From Setoptus koraiensis (taxonomy: Eukaryota; Animalia; Arthropoda), in the NCBI GenBank assembly GCA_048013815.1, contig CM106585.1, positions 186,001-250,000 of the forward strand: 64,000 nucleotides of DNA, in the 5' to 3' direction. The position numbers and the translations under genes were made by a program. This document shows positions 10,964 to 24,698 of this stretch, piece by piece. How positions within the stretch are numbered: position 1 is the stretch's first letter; each line of letters opens with the position of its first letter. Below the pieces are notes generated by a model. The model did not search any database and was not told where the DNA came from. It saw nothing but the letters and a program-made list of their open reading frames with translations.

Positions 10964-13547
10964 ACAGTCCGTGCCAAATGGGTGCTCTACGCCGTAGAGT
11001 CTAGCAGCCGGAGTCTCGAAGCCAGAGCGTCGGGCCCCCAGACTCCAAAAAGGCAGACAAAAGCCAATAGCCGTGCGATAATTGGAACAAGTTGCAGTCA
11101 ACTCTGGCGCTCGCTTTTCATCGGTGAGTCTAACTGGTGCTAGCCTAACACTGTTAGGTAAGCGAGCAAACCCAGACAGGGGCGCCCAACGAAACTGATT
11201 GAGGCAAACGGTCGCTCGCTGGGGGCCCCAACGAAGATGGATGAGGTGCCGATAACTGTACCGACGGTCGCCATGGTTACCCCGACTGACACTGGCAGCA
11301 ACTGTGCTTTTTAGTATGCTGTTGTAGTGTAGCGCCACTTGTGAGCATAGTTGCAGCGCTAGCTCAATGATCAATTAAACTCTCGGGCCTCACAGTTTAA
11401 TTGTGTAGTTGGTGCCAAATTGCAGTTGGTGATAGTCGAGTGTCGACGGGCACACAGATAGTTAGTTTAGATTGGTTTAATTTGCCATTTGGCCGAGAGA
11501 GGAAGTGCAAGCAACGTTTAGTTGCTTGCATCTAAATGGGACCGAGTTGGCCGCCAGTTGGTCGTTCGTTCAGCCAACTGGTAGTTGGTTGGCGAGCAAA
11601 TGACCAGCCGAGCGGCCAGTCACGGTGATTATCGCGAACGGGTGGGGGGGGGGCGATAAATGAAAATGAAATGATGACAACAGTCGTAACAGCATTAGTC
11701 AGTGCGTTAGTTAGTCGGCTAACTACAAAACAAGCAGCACAACAGCGAGAGAGAGAGCGAGTATTATGTAACTTGGACACGCAATGGTCGTTAGTGTTGC
11801 CGTTGTCGTTGTGGCTGGCAAAGAATGGCCAATAACAACACGCCAGTCAAGTCGCCTCTTCTGCCGCTTCTGCTAGCTTGACAATTTTCGCTAGCGGCCG
11901 ATTAGGCTCACACTGTGTGAGTCACACGAAACAATTGCTTAGCAGCATGTTACGTAACAGCGATGGCATTCGCTTATGTAACATGCACGCCACACATTGT
12001 CTGTATAGTGTACAGTATTAGCCAGACAAATATAAACTGTATCTCGCCAATATAAACACCTGTATGATAGCTGTAGTAGTATGAGTGCACACACACCAGG
12101 TATCACACCTTACTTGATACACCTTACGCAATACCTTAATAGATGGCAAATAAATTGAGCTTACTGACTGTGAGTTAGCAGTACAGGTGACAGCTAGTTT
12201 TGTTATTTGGCATACACACGAACATGTCATGTGTGATCTATGAGATATGTGAGAATGTATCGCCTATCCCATCTTCTTTTCTATATATTCTATATATACA
12301 ACACGATACAAAACGATATCATATGATGCCCTGTGATTGGTCACTATGATTCGTATGGCATGCACAAGGCGCCCACTGTTGCGTAACATGATACAGCCTT
12401 GATTTCTCGTCGCAATTCGACCTGTTCGGTCACTAGTTGAGTCGATAGTGGCGCCAGTGACACTTGACACGCTGACCACCGCTGAACGGATACCAGCGAC
12501 ACCGGCACAATCTCTTTGTTTTCGATTGACATTCGGCAGCGATAATCAGCAATAATAACAATGGGATACTCTGTGAATTACGGCAACACGGGCCAATGAT
12601 TGTATGTTTCAATAATCGTGCCCTTGTCCGCCACGGCCAACATCCGAATATCCGCGTACCCGAATACTCGAATACCCGAATATCAGAAAAATCAGAGTTG
12701 GCAGTTTTTTTCTCAGCAACCAGATTGGACAAGCACACGCACGCAAACATTCGGCTATAAACATAAATCACACACGACACACATTGATGAGAATACAGAT
12801 GATTGACGTTGCGACAAGGAAATAATTTCATAATGTATTTTTCACAGTGATTTCAAAAAAACAAATAATAATAAATTGTTGAATTAATTATCTTTCGAGG
12901 CACTCACATGCATACCGGCAATACAAAATAATCGAAACACAGCAGACAGGAAACAATTGAATCAATTATTGGTTGGTTGTGTAAATAATATTAATTGAGT
13001 TATTAATAAATTAGCAATTTGATTTGTAATTTGATTTTTAATGCCGGTGAGAGACACTGTTAAAGGGGAAGTATTATTATAATCATCAGTATCAAGAAAG
13101 GTGTGCCCATCATCACCTTTCTATTAGTATTGCTTGATCGATTGGCTGCAAAGAAGGCAAAGTTGATCTTGTGAAATTATGTCATCAGATCAGTGATAAT
13201 GGGCGCACTTTTTTCACTGTTTACAACTGTTTGTTGTGTTTGCTGGTTATTGGTTATTCAGCAGGTTATCGTTTCAAGAGCTCGCTGGATGGATTTTGGC
13301 GTCCCACACAGTGGTTAGCTAGAAATGCAAACCAACAAAGTTATTCATTGGCATCTCGCCATGGTGCATGCCGAGTGACGGCCAGGCAACGGGCCGAGCA
13401 GATTAACGGGCACGAGGCACACCGAATGGGGCCCGTTGAAGTTGGATGTTGGTTGAAGGCGACGCATATTTATAGTGGGTTAAGTGTGTCTAGAGTAAGC
13501 TGCTTAAACTGGTTAGCAAATTGGTCTGGCCGTTGTCTGACTGTGCA

Positions 13548-13548
13548 G

Positions 13549-13617
<69 letters not shown>
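13548..13617. repeat. (TTG)n microsatellite
   Basis: Direct reading of the sequence. Confidence 0.95.
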
Positions 13618-13618
<1 letters not shown>

Positions 13619-16600
13619 CCAACAACAATCCAATCGGAAGCGATCGAGATGTGCACTGTGCTGTGAATGGCAGCTCACATAACGAGCCCGAGTTGTTTTG
13701 GGCCTGTGTGAGCCGTTGTTTCGAGCAGCTTCAACTAGCTCAACTGGGCCAGTTGCTCAAGTTCTTGAGCAAGTTGCCGCTGTTCGTGTTGTTGCAACAA
13801 CACACGAGACACCAACAACAACAACGACATGAGCAACAACAAGCGAGCGCCTCCAAGTTGAGACGCGGGCCCAGTTGGCCCTGAGCAGTGGGCCCTGAGC
13901 AGCGGGCCCCGCGAGTCAGTGAGCCGAGATTAAGCTCATTGCTTGTGCCATGTTGTGCCAATGGGGCCCGCGCGCTCACTCAATTCATTCGTTGGCGTTG
14001 GTTGCGTTTAAAAAGTGTGCCGCGTCGTGTCAGTCGGGCGATGTCGTGCCAGCGCACAGCGAGCAGCGTGACTCGCATGGGTCAATTCTAATCGGTCATG
14101 CTAATGCAACTCGCAGTTTGTCTCAACTAGCCAGCCAGCCAGCCAGACATTTAGCGGCCGTTCGGGGGGGGGCTCTGTGCAGCTCTGCGGGGCTTGCTGG
14201 CCCGATAAACAAGCGCACATACACTTGTTTCTGGCCAGCCAGCGAGAGAGATAAATTGAAAAAAGGCGAGCGCAAACGCATCTCGTGTCACTGTTGTTTG
14301 TTGCAGGCCGCTGGCGTGTCGGCCCGCTCGCCAGCGACCAGCCAGCGTGTGCGAATGTCACCTAGTCCGGTCGCCATAGCGATACATTGGCAAACGGGGC
14401 CTCATACGCAAATACAAACGCGCGCAAATAGTGATACGCCGACACTGATGCGCGCCAAATAGCGATACGCAACAACACAAAATCGCCCCCGAGCATCGCA
14501 AAGCGAAACAACAAACGGCAACTTTACACGTGCGTATATGCGCATATGTATACAGCCATTGATGAATGTGTGATCAGCAGCAGCAGCAGCAACAACAACA
14601 ATGGCCAGTGTCGCTGCGGCCATAATAGTTATGCAATAGTTTAGCCGGGGCATAATTTATGCCCTGACTGGGGCCCATTTGCAGGCTACGGGTTACTGCT
14701 GCAAGGAACGGGCAGCCCGAGGTCTGGCGAGCAAAGTGTTAGAGCAGAAAGTGGGGGCCGAAGCCTGTTCAGTGGGCCCGCCACTCACGAACAGTTAGCA
14801 CAAACCAGTGCTGCCGCGGACAGCTGGACGGGGGGCGGGGGCGCCATTGTTTTAGCGCGATAATTTGATTTAATTTGATTGTGTGTGATGTTGTGTTGGC
14901 CGCTCATGATCGCACTGCTGCTAACTGCTGCCGCTGATAATATATAGCTCATTATATTATTATTATTACATAACAAGTAGGCGACTTTGGCGGGCATTCG
15001 CATGTGCGACGACACATTCGAATGTGTCCCTCCGATTCGGAGCCTCCGAATGCCCGTTTCGCCTGTTTCGCCCGTTTCGCCCATTTTACCCATTGCTTTT
15101 GCTAGTTGATTGTGCCCATTGTGGGGCATGTCGGACGAGGGCGCGACACCCACAACTTTTCGACTGCCGACTAGCAACACTTACACTACGATCAGCCGAT
15201 ACACCAAACACTGACCAATTCATACATATAGATATATATTCACCACTGGCTCACTGGCCAGGCCATATATTATATAATATATCCGATTCAAATCCGACAC
15301 GCACACACTGGCGAGAGAACAATGGCGAGATAACGAGTCAGATAGAGCCACTGTGACCAACACACACACACACACACACTAACAACAAATCCGTCCGCTA
15401 GGGCGTGCAGCGGTCAAAGTGTAACGTTTAGAGTGTGTCGCCACTGACCATTATTATGTGTGTGTGTTCGCGTCCGCCAGGGTGCCACAAACATAACAAT
15501 TTGCATGTGTCCATCTCTGGGTGATCGGGGCGCAATTGCGCCACCTTGGCCACTCACTGTTGTGGGCGGCGCCCGAGGCGGTCAGCGCGACGAGCGGGCC
15601 GGCGAATTTGGCGACTCTGGCGGCTGACACAGCAGTGAGACTTGTTATTGTTGCGGGGACCCAAAGCGGGGCCCCATAACAAGTTTTGCGCGAGCGTTTT
15701 TGCAGTGGCCGAGTGAGACAGTAGTGGCAATTATTACGTAACGGGCAGCGAGCGGACAACATTTATTATTGGCAAGTCATTTGGATTTGAGCGGGCGCAT
15801 TGTTCGGGCGAGTCCCCCTCACGGCGAGTCGGTGTGTGTCTACTTGAGCAAACAATTCATTCATCAACGGCGCAGGCTAATCACTGGCAACTTGCCACAC
15901 TGCCAACTGGGCCAACTGGGCCGCCAGGTAAGCAGCGAGCCAGGTAAGCCCGGCTCACCAGTAGTGAGTCACTACTTACCGGCGTGCTAATTATGGGCCC
16001 CGCCACGAGCAACACCTGACCGTTACGCTCACCGTTATGCCATGCGTTGCAGCTTATCCCTGTTGCGGCCAGTGGCTGGCGAGAGGGCGTCGCCTCGAGC
16101 CAACACAAACATTCTTTTTTCTGCTTTGATTTATTATATTTATATTATTATTATTAGATATTGTGTGCGTGTTTGTCTGACAAATGTCACGTTGGCTGCG
16201 CCTGTTTGCTGTGCGGTGCCCAGAGCGGGGCCCACGCTGCGCACACCTCGCACACCCAACGGCTCACAGTATGAGGCTCGCGGAGCGCCCCAAATAGAGC
16301 CGTCGGGGCCCAGCGGTCGTTCGGGCCAGTAATCGGGTCGACAAGCTCGATGCGAGCGAGCAAATGAGGCTCGCCTATCGCTGCTGGCCGCCGCATTGTG
16401 CGTCACTGCGGCCAGTCACGATTTTCCGGCGCGGCTCCCCGTGCGGCTGCGGTGCCGGCTCGGGCTCGGACGAGTGTCCGACGGCGTGAAACGGCCGCAA
16501 CAGCCGCAGCGGCATCCCTGGTCGCGGCAGCGCGATGCCGGCAAACGATTAAATCGATGACATGCCATGTCGGGCCAATGTTAACACGTTCAATTGGTGC

Positions 16601-17347
16601 CGTTGTCGCGGCCCGAAACGGGCCCCCGTCGACGACACTCTCGTCCATATATAGCCACGCATATAATTTGGGCACATAATTTCGAGCGGCCTGCATAAAC
16701 TTATGCGCGCGCTGTATCTAACTCGCTGAGTGTAAGAGTTACACGACATCGGCCGGCCACACGAGCCGGCCGAGCCAGAGAAAAGAAGGCAAAAGAATAA
16801 GAATAATGGCCGAGAGCCACCATCAATCTTTCTTAATGAAGCCTCGTCCTGCTCGTCCCGTGCCGTTCCGTCTGAAAACGAAGAGCGCCGCTCAAAACAA
16901 AGCGACCCACTGATGACTTATCACTGATAATTTATCAGTGATAAAGACAGATTTGAAATTGGCGCTCGAGATTGTGCGGGGCCCCGACGATTGTCGGCAC
17001 ATGGCAGTAGGGACGCCGATAGCGAAACAATCACATCTCCAATTGATCTCGCAAACTTCAGCATGCTGCCCATTATGACAGATCAGCAACAACTCGTTGA
17101 ATGTCGGCGCCGCAACCAGAAATTGGCGAGATCAACGCTGCAGATTGGGCCCCGTGCAATCAGCAGTCTCGATCTTGCCTATTTCTGGATATTTCTCGCT
17201 ATTTCCGGCTAAATCTGCCTATTTCTGGCCATTTGTGCCTGTTTGTGCAGTTTGCAGTTTGCCTTGAGCAGCGTGCAGTGTGCAGCGTGCGCAAATTGGA
17301 CGTAAACGAGGGGATAAAACAAAGATAAACACGAAATAACGGGGCCG

Positions 17348-17398
17348 CTGTTTCGAACTGTTTCGAGCTGTTTCGAGCTGTCTCGAGTTGTTTCGAGG
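17348..17398. repeat. 10-bp tandem repeat (CTGTTTCGAG)x5
   Basis: ctgtttcgaa ctgtttcgag ctgtttcgag ctgtctcgag ttgtttcgag. Confidence 0.85.
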
Positions 17399-19853
17399 GC
17401 CCGCTGCAAGGTGGCGAGCAATCAACGGACACATGGGGGCATATTCACTTTGGCTCGCTCGGGCTGGCGTCGTCATTATTATTATTCTTTCATTGGCTGC
17501 ATTGTGCCCCAAGTCACAACATAGTTACAGCGGCGCGTCGTTGTTGCGGCAACGGGAGGCGCGCGTTGTCGCGGCAATGGGAGGCGCGCGTTGTTGCGTT
17601 CAATTTGGGGCCCTGTCATCGTCACTGGCAGACGGGGCCAAGATTGGCCTGTGGGCCCGAGATGGGAGATGACAAGTGCAAGCAATTTTGGCATTGTCAC
17701 CGCAGCCACGCCAGCCACACCAGCAGCCAGTTACACCAACAACAGCCAGCCAGCCACTGAATACAGCGACATCAGCAGTTAATAGTAAACGGGGCCCCAT
17801 GTTCAAGTGTATATCAAGTCATCTCGGCCAGCCATTACATAATCATATTTTGTGTGCTTGTTTGTGTGTGCTCGTGTGTCCCCCGTGCCCCCTTTGTATT
17901 GGTCGGTGTGGTAACTGTGTCTGTGCCCATAAGCCGATGTGATGTGTTTTTGGGCGTGCGCTTGTGGGGCCCGCCGGTTCGTGCCTCGACTCACTGATCA
18001 CGTTCGTTATCATGATCATCGCGTGTGTGTGCGTTTCATTGCCATCGCTTCTTTTGGGGCCCCCAAACCAGATAGACAAAGACGCGACGACGAGCCCAAG
18101 ACGACAAGCGCCAAAGAAACGAGAGCCCCCACGATGGGGCCCCAAAAGAGAGGAGTTGCCAATTAAATTGCAAGCACAACACTCTTGCGCGAGCCAATGG
18201 AGAGGCCCAATGGAGTTATTAGCAATTATATGTGACATTGTGTCATACACACAAACTATCGATGTGTCTGTGTCTGGGCAAGCCACTCTCATATTTGGGC
18301 CGGCTATTTCGCGCATCTTGATACCATTAAAATAACGGGACTTGTTGTGACTCACACAACTTGTGCGCGTGTATCATGTGAGGCCCACAGGGATTATTTG
18401 CGGGGGCAGGGGACGCGCGCGCGTAATGGAGGTGACGGTGATGGTAATCAGTCAGTGGTGCGCGGTTTAGATATGTTCAACTTGCCACTTGCACATATAT
18501 CTAAACTGTGCACACATTACAGCACACCCACTGGTATGGCCAAGCGACATCCTGGCCCCACTGCCAGCGGCAACAACAACAGCAACAACACCCACGACAC
18601 CGACAACAACAACAGCTACAACAACAGCTACAACAGCAACAACAACAACAAGTCGCCATTGACCGGTGTCGTTTGTTTGTTTGCAATTCGAACAATTCGC
18701 CAACAGCCAACTGGCCAATTCATCGATCGAGTCGGATAATAGGAGTCACTTTTGTTTGTGTGTGTGTGTGTGATGCAATAGCACTGCCCTATTGCCCTAT
18801 TGCGTCACACACACACAAACCACAGCGGCCACTCGTGCAGCTCGAGGGATAAATTGATGGGCAGCGCCACTCACGACAGGTGAGCTCGGTATATAATGGG
18901 GCGAGGGGCCCCAATATAGCGACTCGAAGGGGCCAATTTCATTCAGTCGATCTCGTTCACTATTGTGCCGTTGAGCGAATGTGCAAGTGTGCAATTGCGC
19001 CAGTGGCAATAAAAGGTGTGCTGGCGCAGTAAAACTAGCGGCCACGAGCGGCACGATGAAATTGAGTTGGCCACCTAATCATTAGCAACTACCTGTGCTC
19101 GTGCCTCATACTATCATCATACATACTGTGCCGGACCTGCGCAACCAGATGGCGGGCTAACTGTGGGGCCAACTGTGCCGGCCTGATTGAGATTGGATGG
19201 GGCCAACAATTATCATTATCGTGACGACAAAAGAAAGAATTCAATAGTGTGCCTCGTTGTTCGCCGCTAATTTGCACAGCGGCGACGAAAGGCCATGGGA
19301 TGCTATCATATCAATGACATCACGTAACGCACACTTCGACACTGTGCAGTGTGTGTGTGTGTGCGTGGCGCACAGTGGCGGCCACGAGCGGCCACTTCCG
19401 GTCTCGTTGATCGTTTGTGCAGCACAACGTGGCTCAATCTGGTCGTTGTAGCAGACAGGATACTACATAATAATATAATGATTAGACTATGAAAGTGCCC
19501 GTCTCAACTGAGCCACTGACCGTCGCTCGCTCGCTCGCTGTAGGCACTAATTTGAGGATGGCGCACAGCGTGCGCCCATTTCACCTGCAGCTCGTGTTTT
19601 TAATGAATGGTTATATGATGCCTTACATAATTCGTTACATAATGCGATAGTCCCTAGAGGCACACACACACACTACCTATTGGTGTATAGCTGCGGATCG
19701 TTGGATAGTTGCAACGTGCAGTGGCCAGTTTGATGGGCAGTGGTAGTAATTGTTAGTTGGTGGCCAGCGGCAGCAGCGGCACTGCACGAGCTAGCTGCTG
19801 GTCAGACTGTGAGCGTCAGAGTGGCACAGTTTACAAGTTTAACCCAACGTCCT

Positions 19854-19937
19854 GCAGTTACGTAATACCGGCGGTTACATAATACTGGCAGTTACATAAC
19901 ACGGGCAGTTACGCAGCACTGGCAGTTACATAACAAG
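19854..19937. repeat. 17-bp tandem repeat x5 with a D-box core
   Basis: Units GCAGTTACGTAATACCG / GCGGTTACATAATACTG / GCAGTTACATAACACGG / GCAGTTACGCAGCACTG / GCAGTTACATAACAAG. Confidence 0.9.
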
Positions 19938-21371
19938 CTTACGTACTTGACATATTATTATATATATATTGCGACAGCACAAATATAACGGTAATATCTT
20001 CAACGACAGGTGCATTTGGCACAAGATGTGCATGTGCCGTCGGTGTGTCCTGTGCTAACAAAACTGGCGCGTGTGCAAGCGTGTGGTCAGTGTGCGGATT
20101 ATCGGTTTGCACACACAATTGTTGTTGTACAAAGTTTATTTGGGCACACTGACCACACACACATTTATCATTGCTTACGTCACCGATTGTGGTGTTTGTA
20201 CTGGCGTTGTTTGCGTGGATAATTAAGACGGTTACCGGTTTGGTATCGTCCATTGTATTACAATATTTATTATTCAAGATATTGCACAATGGTTGTTGTA
20301 GTTGGCTGTTAGTCTACAACACATAATATACTCCTCCCGTCATTACGTAACATTGCGTAGTATTTGTGCACATTATCACTGTCATTATACAGTATATCAG
20401 TACAGTTATACAGTTGAAAGGTTGCGAGAATCTCTGCTTCTGTTTGTCGCTCTTTTTGTGCGTTTGTTGCAGCTGATCCGCTGGCTAACCTAAATTAGCA
20501 GTACGTAAGGTGCACCAATTTAAAGTTATACCGCTACGAATTATGCAATCAAGCTCAACTTGCAACACGTAACATGAGTTGAGCTTGCTAGTACGAGCTG
20601 AATGCAATGTGACAGGTGCATTGTGTGCAACGGGATTGTGTCACAATGTTTAGGCCGATCATTGGGCCGATTATTAGGCCGATTAGTAGTGCGGCTCATG
20701 TGGCCGCCTGGCAAGTGCACTGGTTATCACCATGGTCGATGTTGTCTAACAGTGTCCAGTTGGCAACTATTAACAACCAATAGACAACTGTTAGACAACA
20801 CCGACATGATGATCGCAAATCACACCGAGCGCTCTTAATTACCTGCTAAGTAAATATTTAGTGTCAGTGTGTGTGTGTGCGACGTAATATTACGCAATAG
20901 TCATCGCACTTGTTTGTGACTGCTGACACATTCTTATAAACTGCAATAGGCACACACAAACAGATGGCGCAAGTTTCATTCCTCTTCCGAATGCCGATTG
21001 TTGTTACATTGGTCGCTTACGTAAACGGTTACGCAACTTGTACAACTTGTTTGTTTATTTGTTGCGCAAGTGGTCGCCAGTGTCGACCACCAGTGGATGC
21101 TGTTGCATCACAAACACAAAAAAAAAAGCTCGCAAAGCCAGGCTAAGCCATAAATTGCGAGATTGGCAAGCTCAGATGCATTTTTTAAGAAAAGCGTGAA
21201 CCGTTGATAGCGTTGCATAACTTTCTGTTGTGTTGTTACGCAACGTTGTGTTTGTAGCGATGAACAAAAAGACGACGACGAAGAATAGTCTTGAATAATT
21301 AATGATTCATGGTGGCACTCGCAAGCTAAATGTTAATAAGCGTTAGTGTGTGCGTCCAGTGGCCTCTATAC

Positions 21372-21440
21372 TGGCCGCAGTGGTCGCAGTGGTCGCAGTG
21401 GCCGCAGTGGCCGCAGTGGCCGCAGTGGCCGCAGTGGCCG
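21372..21440. repeat. 9-bp tandem repeat (TGGYCGCAG)x7-8
   Basis: Direct reading of the sequence. Confidence 0.9.
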
Positions 21441-23398
21441 TAATAAACAAGATAAACAACAGGCTGAGTTGCGAGCAAAGTGAATGCGCAAGAAACAAAG
21501 ATAAAATTTGATAATCTTCTTCTTCTTTCATTGGCCGTCTACGTCTGCTTATTGCCCCTGGTCAGCCGGTCATTTGGTCAACTGGTCGCTCGCTTTTGGC
21601 TGATATCCATTTGGACTTTGTTTAAATTCCCAGCGCTGATGGTTGGATTGGCTGCTCGCTCGCTCGCTGTGACCAAATAATTTAAAAAGAAAAAACAGTC
21701 GCCCGTTCAATCTGTATGGCGGCCGGTCAGCGTTGATACAGCGGCAACAACAACAACAACAACAACAACAACGACACAGATCTTACGGTGTAAAGGTTGT
21801 CTCGCAACGCACTGTCCCTCCGCACTGACCGCTCTCAACAACCAGATTTACCTGGCGGGCGCTGGCCAGTGCCGTGCGAGGCGCTTCTTTTATTTGTGTT
21901 TTGTTTGTATTTTTACTCTTACGTAACTGTAAGTGTGTGTGTGTCCAGCTGAGACTTAAACTTTATTTGCAGCTTATTGCGCGCTTATCCGCGGCGGTGG
22001 GCGCACTGTATTAACAAGCTGACCGTTAAGTTAGTAATACTAAGTAATAGCAAGTTGTTACTGGCTGCACTTAGTGGCCGAACCGTCGGCCGGCCAAACA
22101 CTGACCGACTGGAAATAAACACAAAGTGAGCGACAATTCACCTGGGAATCCCGTTACAACCGTGCTGTCCGTCGTCAAATAAAAACGACACAACGCCAAT
22201 AAAGAGATCAATTGAGCGTGTGTGGCCCGCCCGACGGGCTGTTCGCTACAAGCTCGAGCGGCAAATCCGTTTATCCGGCGCGACCGCCGCTAACTACTCT
22301 AAATACTAGCGTCGGGCAGCGTCGGGTAGCGCTGCTCATTGCTGGCCAGTGCCGACTAGTGCCGGCCGACGCTAGCCAAGATCACTTCCTGTGCCCCTTG
22401 CGAGATCGTTGACTCAACAGCACTGAGCCGGCCGGGCACCGGGCCGGAATGAGCAGTGTGTAGCTCTCAGTGCGCCAAATTGCTCGCTGGCCGGCTCAAA
22501 CTGATGGACTGGTGGCCCCCTCACAACCGACTGTGGCGCTCTCGTGTGAGCTTCGTAACGGGACGGTCATATGCTCTGTTTGCTTTTGTTGCACAATGTG
22601 GCCGGTGGGGGCGAGTTGTTGTTTTGTTGCGGCCGTTGTCGATCAGCTCAGCCGACGCGCCGTGAGTTGCACACTGGTTTCAAGGGTGGCGAAACGGTGA
22701 ATAGCGGATAAAGTTAAACAAAACGCCCGCGGAATCCGGCGGCAACGGGCCGGCGCAGGCGGCAAAAAGACAACGCAGAGCACGAGACGCTGCAGAGCGA
22801 GAGAAGCGAACAGGTTGTTGCGTAATTGTTGCCGATTGTTGTTGCTGTTGGTGATAGCCGGCCAGCAACAACAACAGCAACAACCACAGCAACAACCACA
22901 GCGGCATCAACAACGGCAGCAACAACGGTAACAACAACGGCAACAACAAGCACATTGGAGCGCAGGGGCAGAGGGCCAGAATTCCTAATCACGCTGATTA
23001 GATCCTTTGTTGGGCTGCTGCTGTTGTTACATAATAATCAGTTTGCTGCAACATTGCGATGGTTACCATGGCGAGCTTAACGAGCAAACGGCTGCAGGGC
23101 TGTGTTATCGCTGTTTAAATGTTTATGTTGGCAAGATTGCTTGTTGCCAGTCGCTTTGCAGGCGAGCTTTTGTTGCGAGCTGCAACTGGCCGGTCGCCGG
23201 TCGCCGATCGCCAGTTGCCAGTTGTAACAAAAGATAATAGACAGGCCAGAGAGCATCTCTCAATGGTCATCGGCGGCTCGAGTGGCGCTGCAGTCCGCTC
23301 GTATTATACTTTCTATAATACTTTTCTCTCTGCTCGCAGCTTCAATTGTGTTCTGTGCCAGCGCCACTTGCCGTCGCTGACAATGAGTGAGTGAGATT

Positions 23399-23450
23399 AT
23401 TACGTAATATTACGTAGTATTACGTAATACTACGTAATATTACGTAATAT
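23399..23450. repeat. 10-bp palindromic tandem repeat (ATTACGTAAT) x5
   Basis: ATTACGTAAT ATTACGTAGT ATTACGTAAT ACTACGTAAT ATTACGTAAT. Confidence 0.9.
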
Positions 23451-24698
23451 GCCAGTTAGTTTGTGATAATAGTGCTGCTGCTGGCTGCTATCGGGGATAA
23501 TATTGTCAGGGATTATACACTGTGCCGGTAATACCGTTGCAGCGCAGCGCAGCGCGGCGCGGCACAGCACGGCACAGGTGAAGTGGTCAGTGTATGAGCG
23601 TGCTGGTCAGCGCGGCCAGTTTGCGGGCATATGTATTATATACATTATATATTATATATTTTATATATAATATACAGTATATATTATATATATATATATA
23701 TATTGTATATATCGTGTATGCTGATAATGTTGGGCGAGTGCGCTGACTAAGTGATTGCAGCGCCACTCGATAGATAGTGTGTGCCAGTTACATTCAATTA
23801 CCGCTAACGTTTGAATCAATCGATGGGCCATTGTTGGCCACAATTGAATTGAAATCGTCAGTCAAGTTGGCGTTAAAATGCACAGGCTCTCTCTCTCGCT
23901 CGCTTCAATTTGCAAATCCCTGCAACCCAATCCGAATGTGCCGATGCCTGCCTGCCGATACGCTGTTGTCGCTGTCCGACAACAACAACACCAACAACAA
24001 CAGCAACAACAACGATCTGACCGTTGCACTTCCACGCAAAACAACGCCAACACCGACACCAACAACAACGGCAACAACAACGGCAACAACAACAGCAAAG
24101 GTGAGCTCGCACTTGCACAAAGGCGCACAAAGAAACATCCCAGTGTCTGGCCAGACAGATCGCAAGCGTCGCAATGCAACGGCAACGCCGACGACACCGA
24201 CCAACTGCTGCCACCAACGCATCGTATCAACGGGGCTATAAATATAAACCGCAACAAGATAATAACAGTTCATAAATATGAGATATTTTGTATTTATGAA
24301 TGGATAAACAGAGCGAAATGTGCAAGATGTGAGTCATTTATTGGCAAATGTTGTGACGGCCAGACGGACTGACAGACAGACGGACTGACAGACGGACAGG
24401 CGGCTCGATAGGTCAGTTTACCTGTGCTGACCTGCACTGATATGTCCGACATTGTGATATGTCCGACAGGCTGCTGATCTGTGCACAGGTAGTCATGTTT
24501 GCATATACAATCGCCGGTATGCATAGCGGCAGTGGTGTGCGCAGTGTGCACAGTTGCACATAAATACCAGTGTGCAAATACACAAGTGCACTAATATACA
24601 AATATACAAATACACAAATATACAAATGTACAAGTGTCAGATTGGCAGCAACAGATACACCTGTCATAGCCGCTATTGTGCGGCCATCGGCTAATAAT

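Noticed and set aside
10889-11374. 161-aa minus-strand ORF near mbl exon 3 as an alternative exon
   Set aside because: No Mbl similarity and no convincing splice sites.
13171-13884. 237-aa + strand ORF with poly-Leu
   Set aside because: It is kept open by a (TTG)n microsatellite and has no recognisable motif or splice context.
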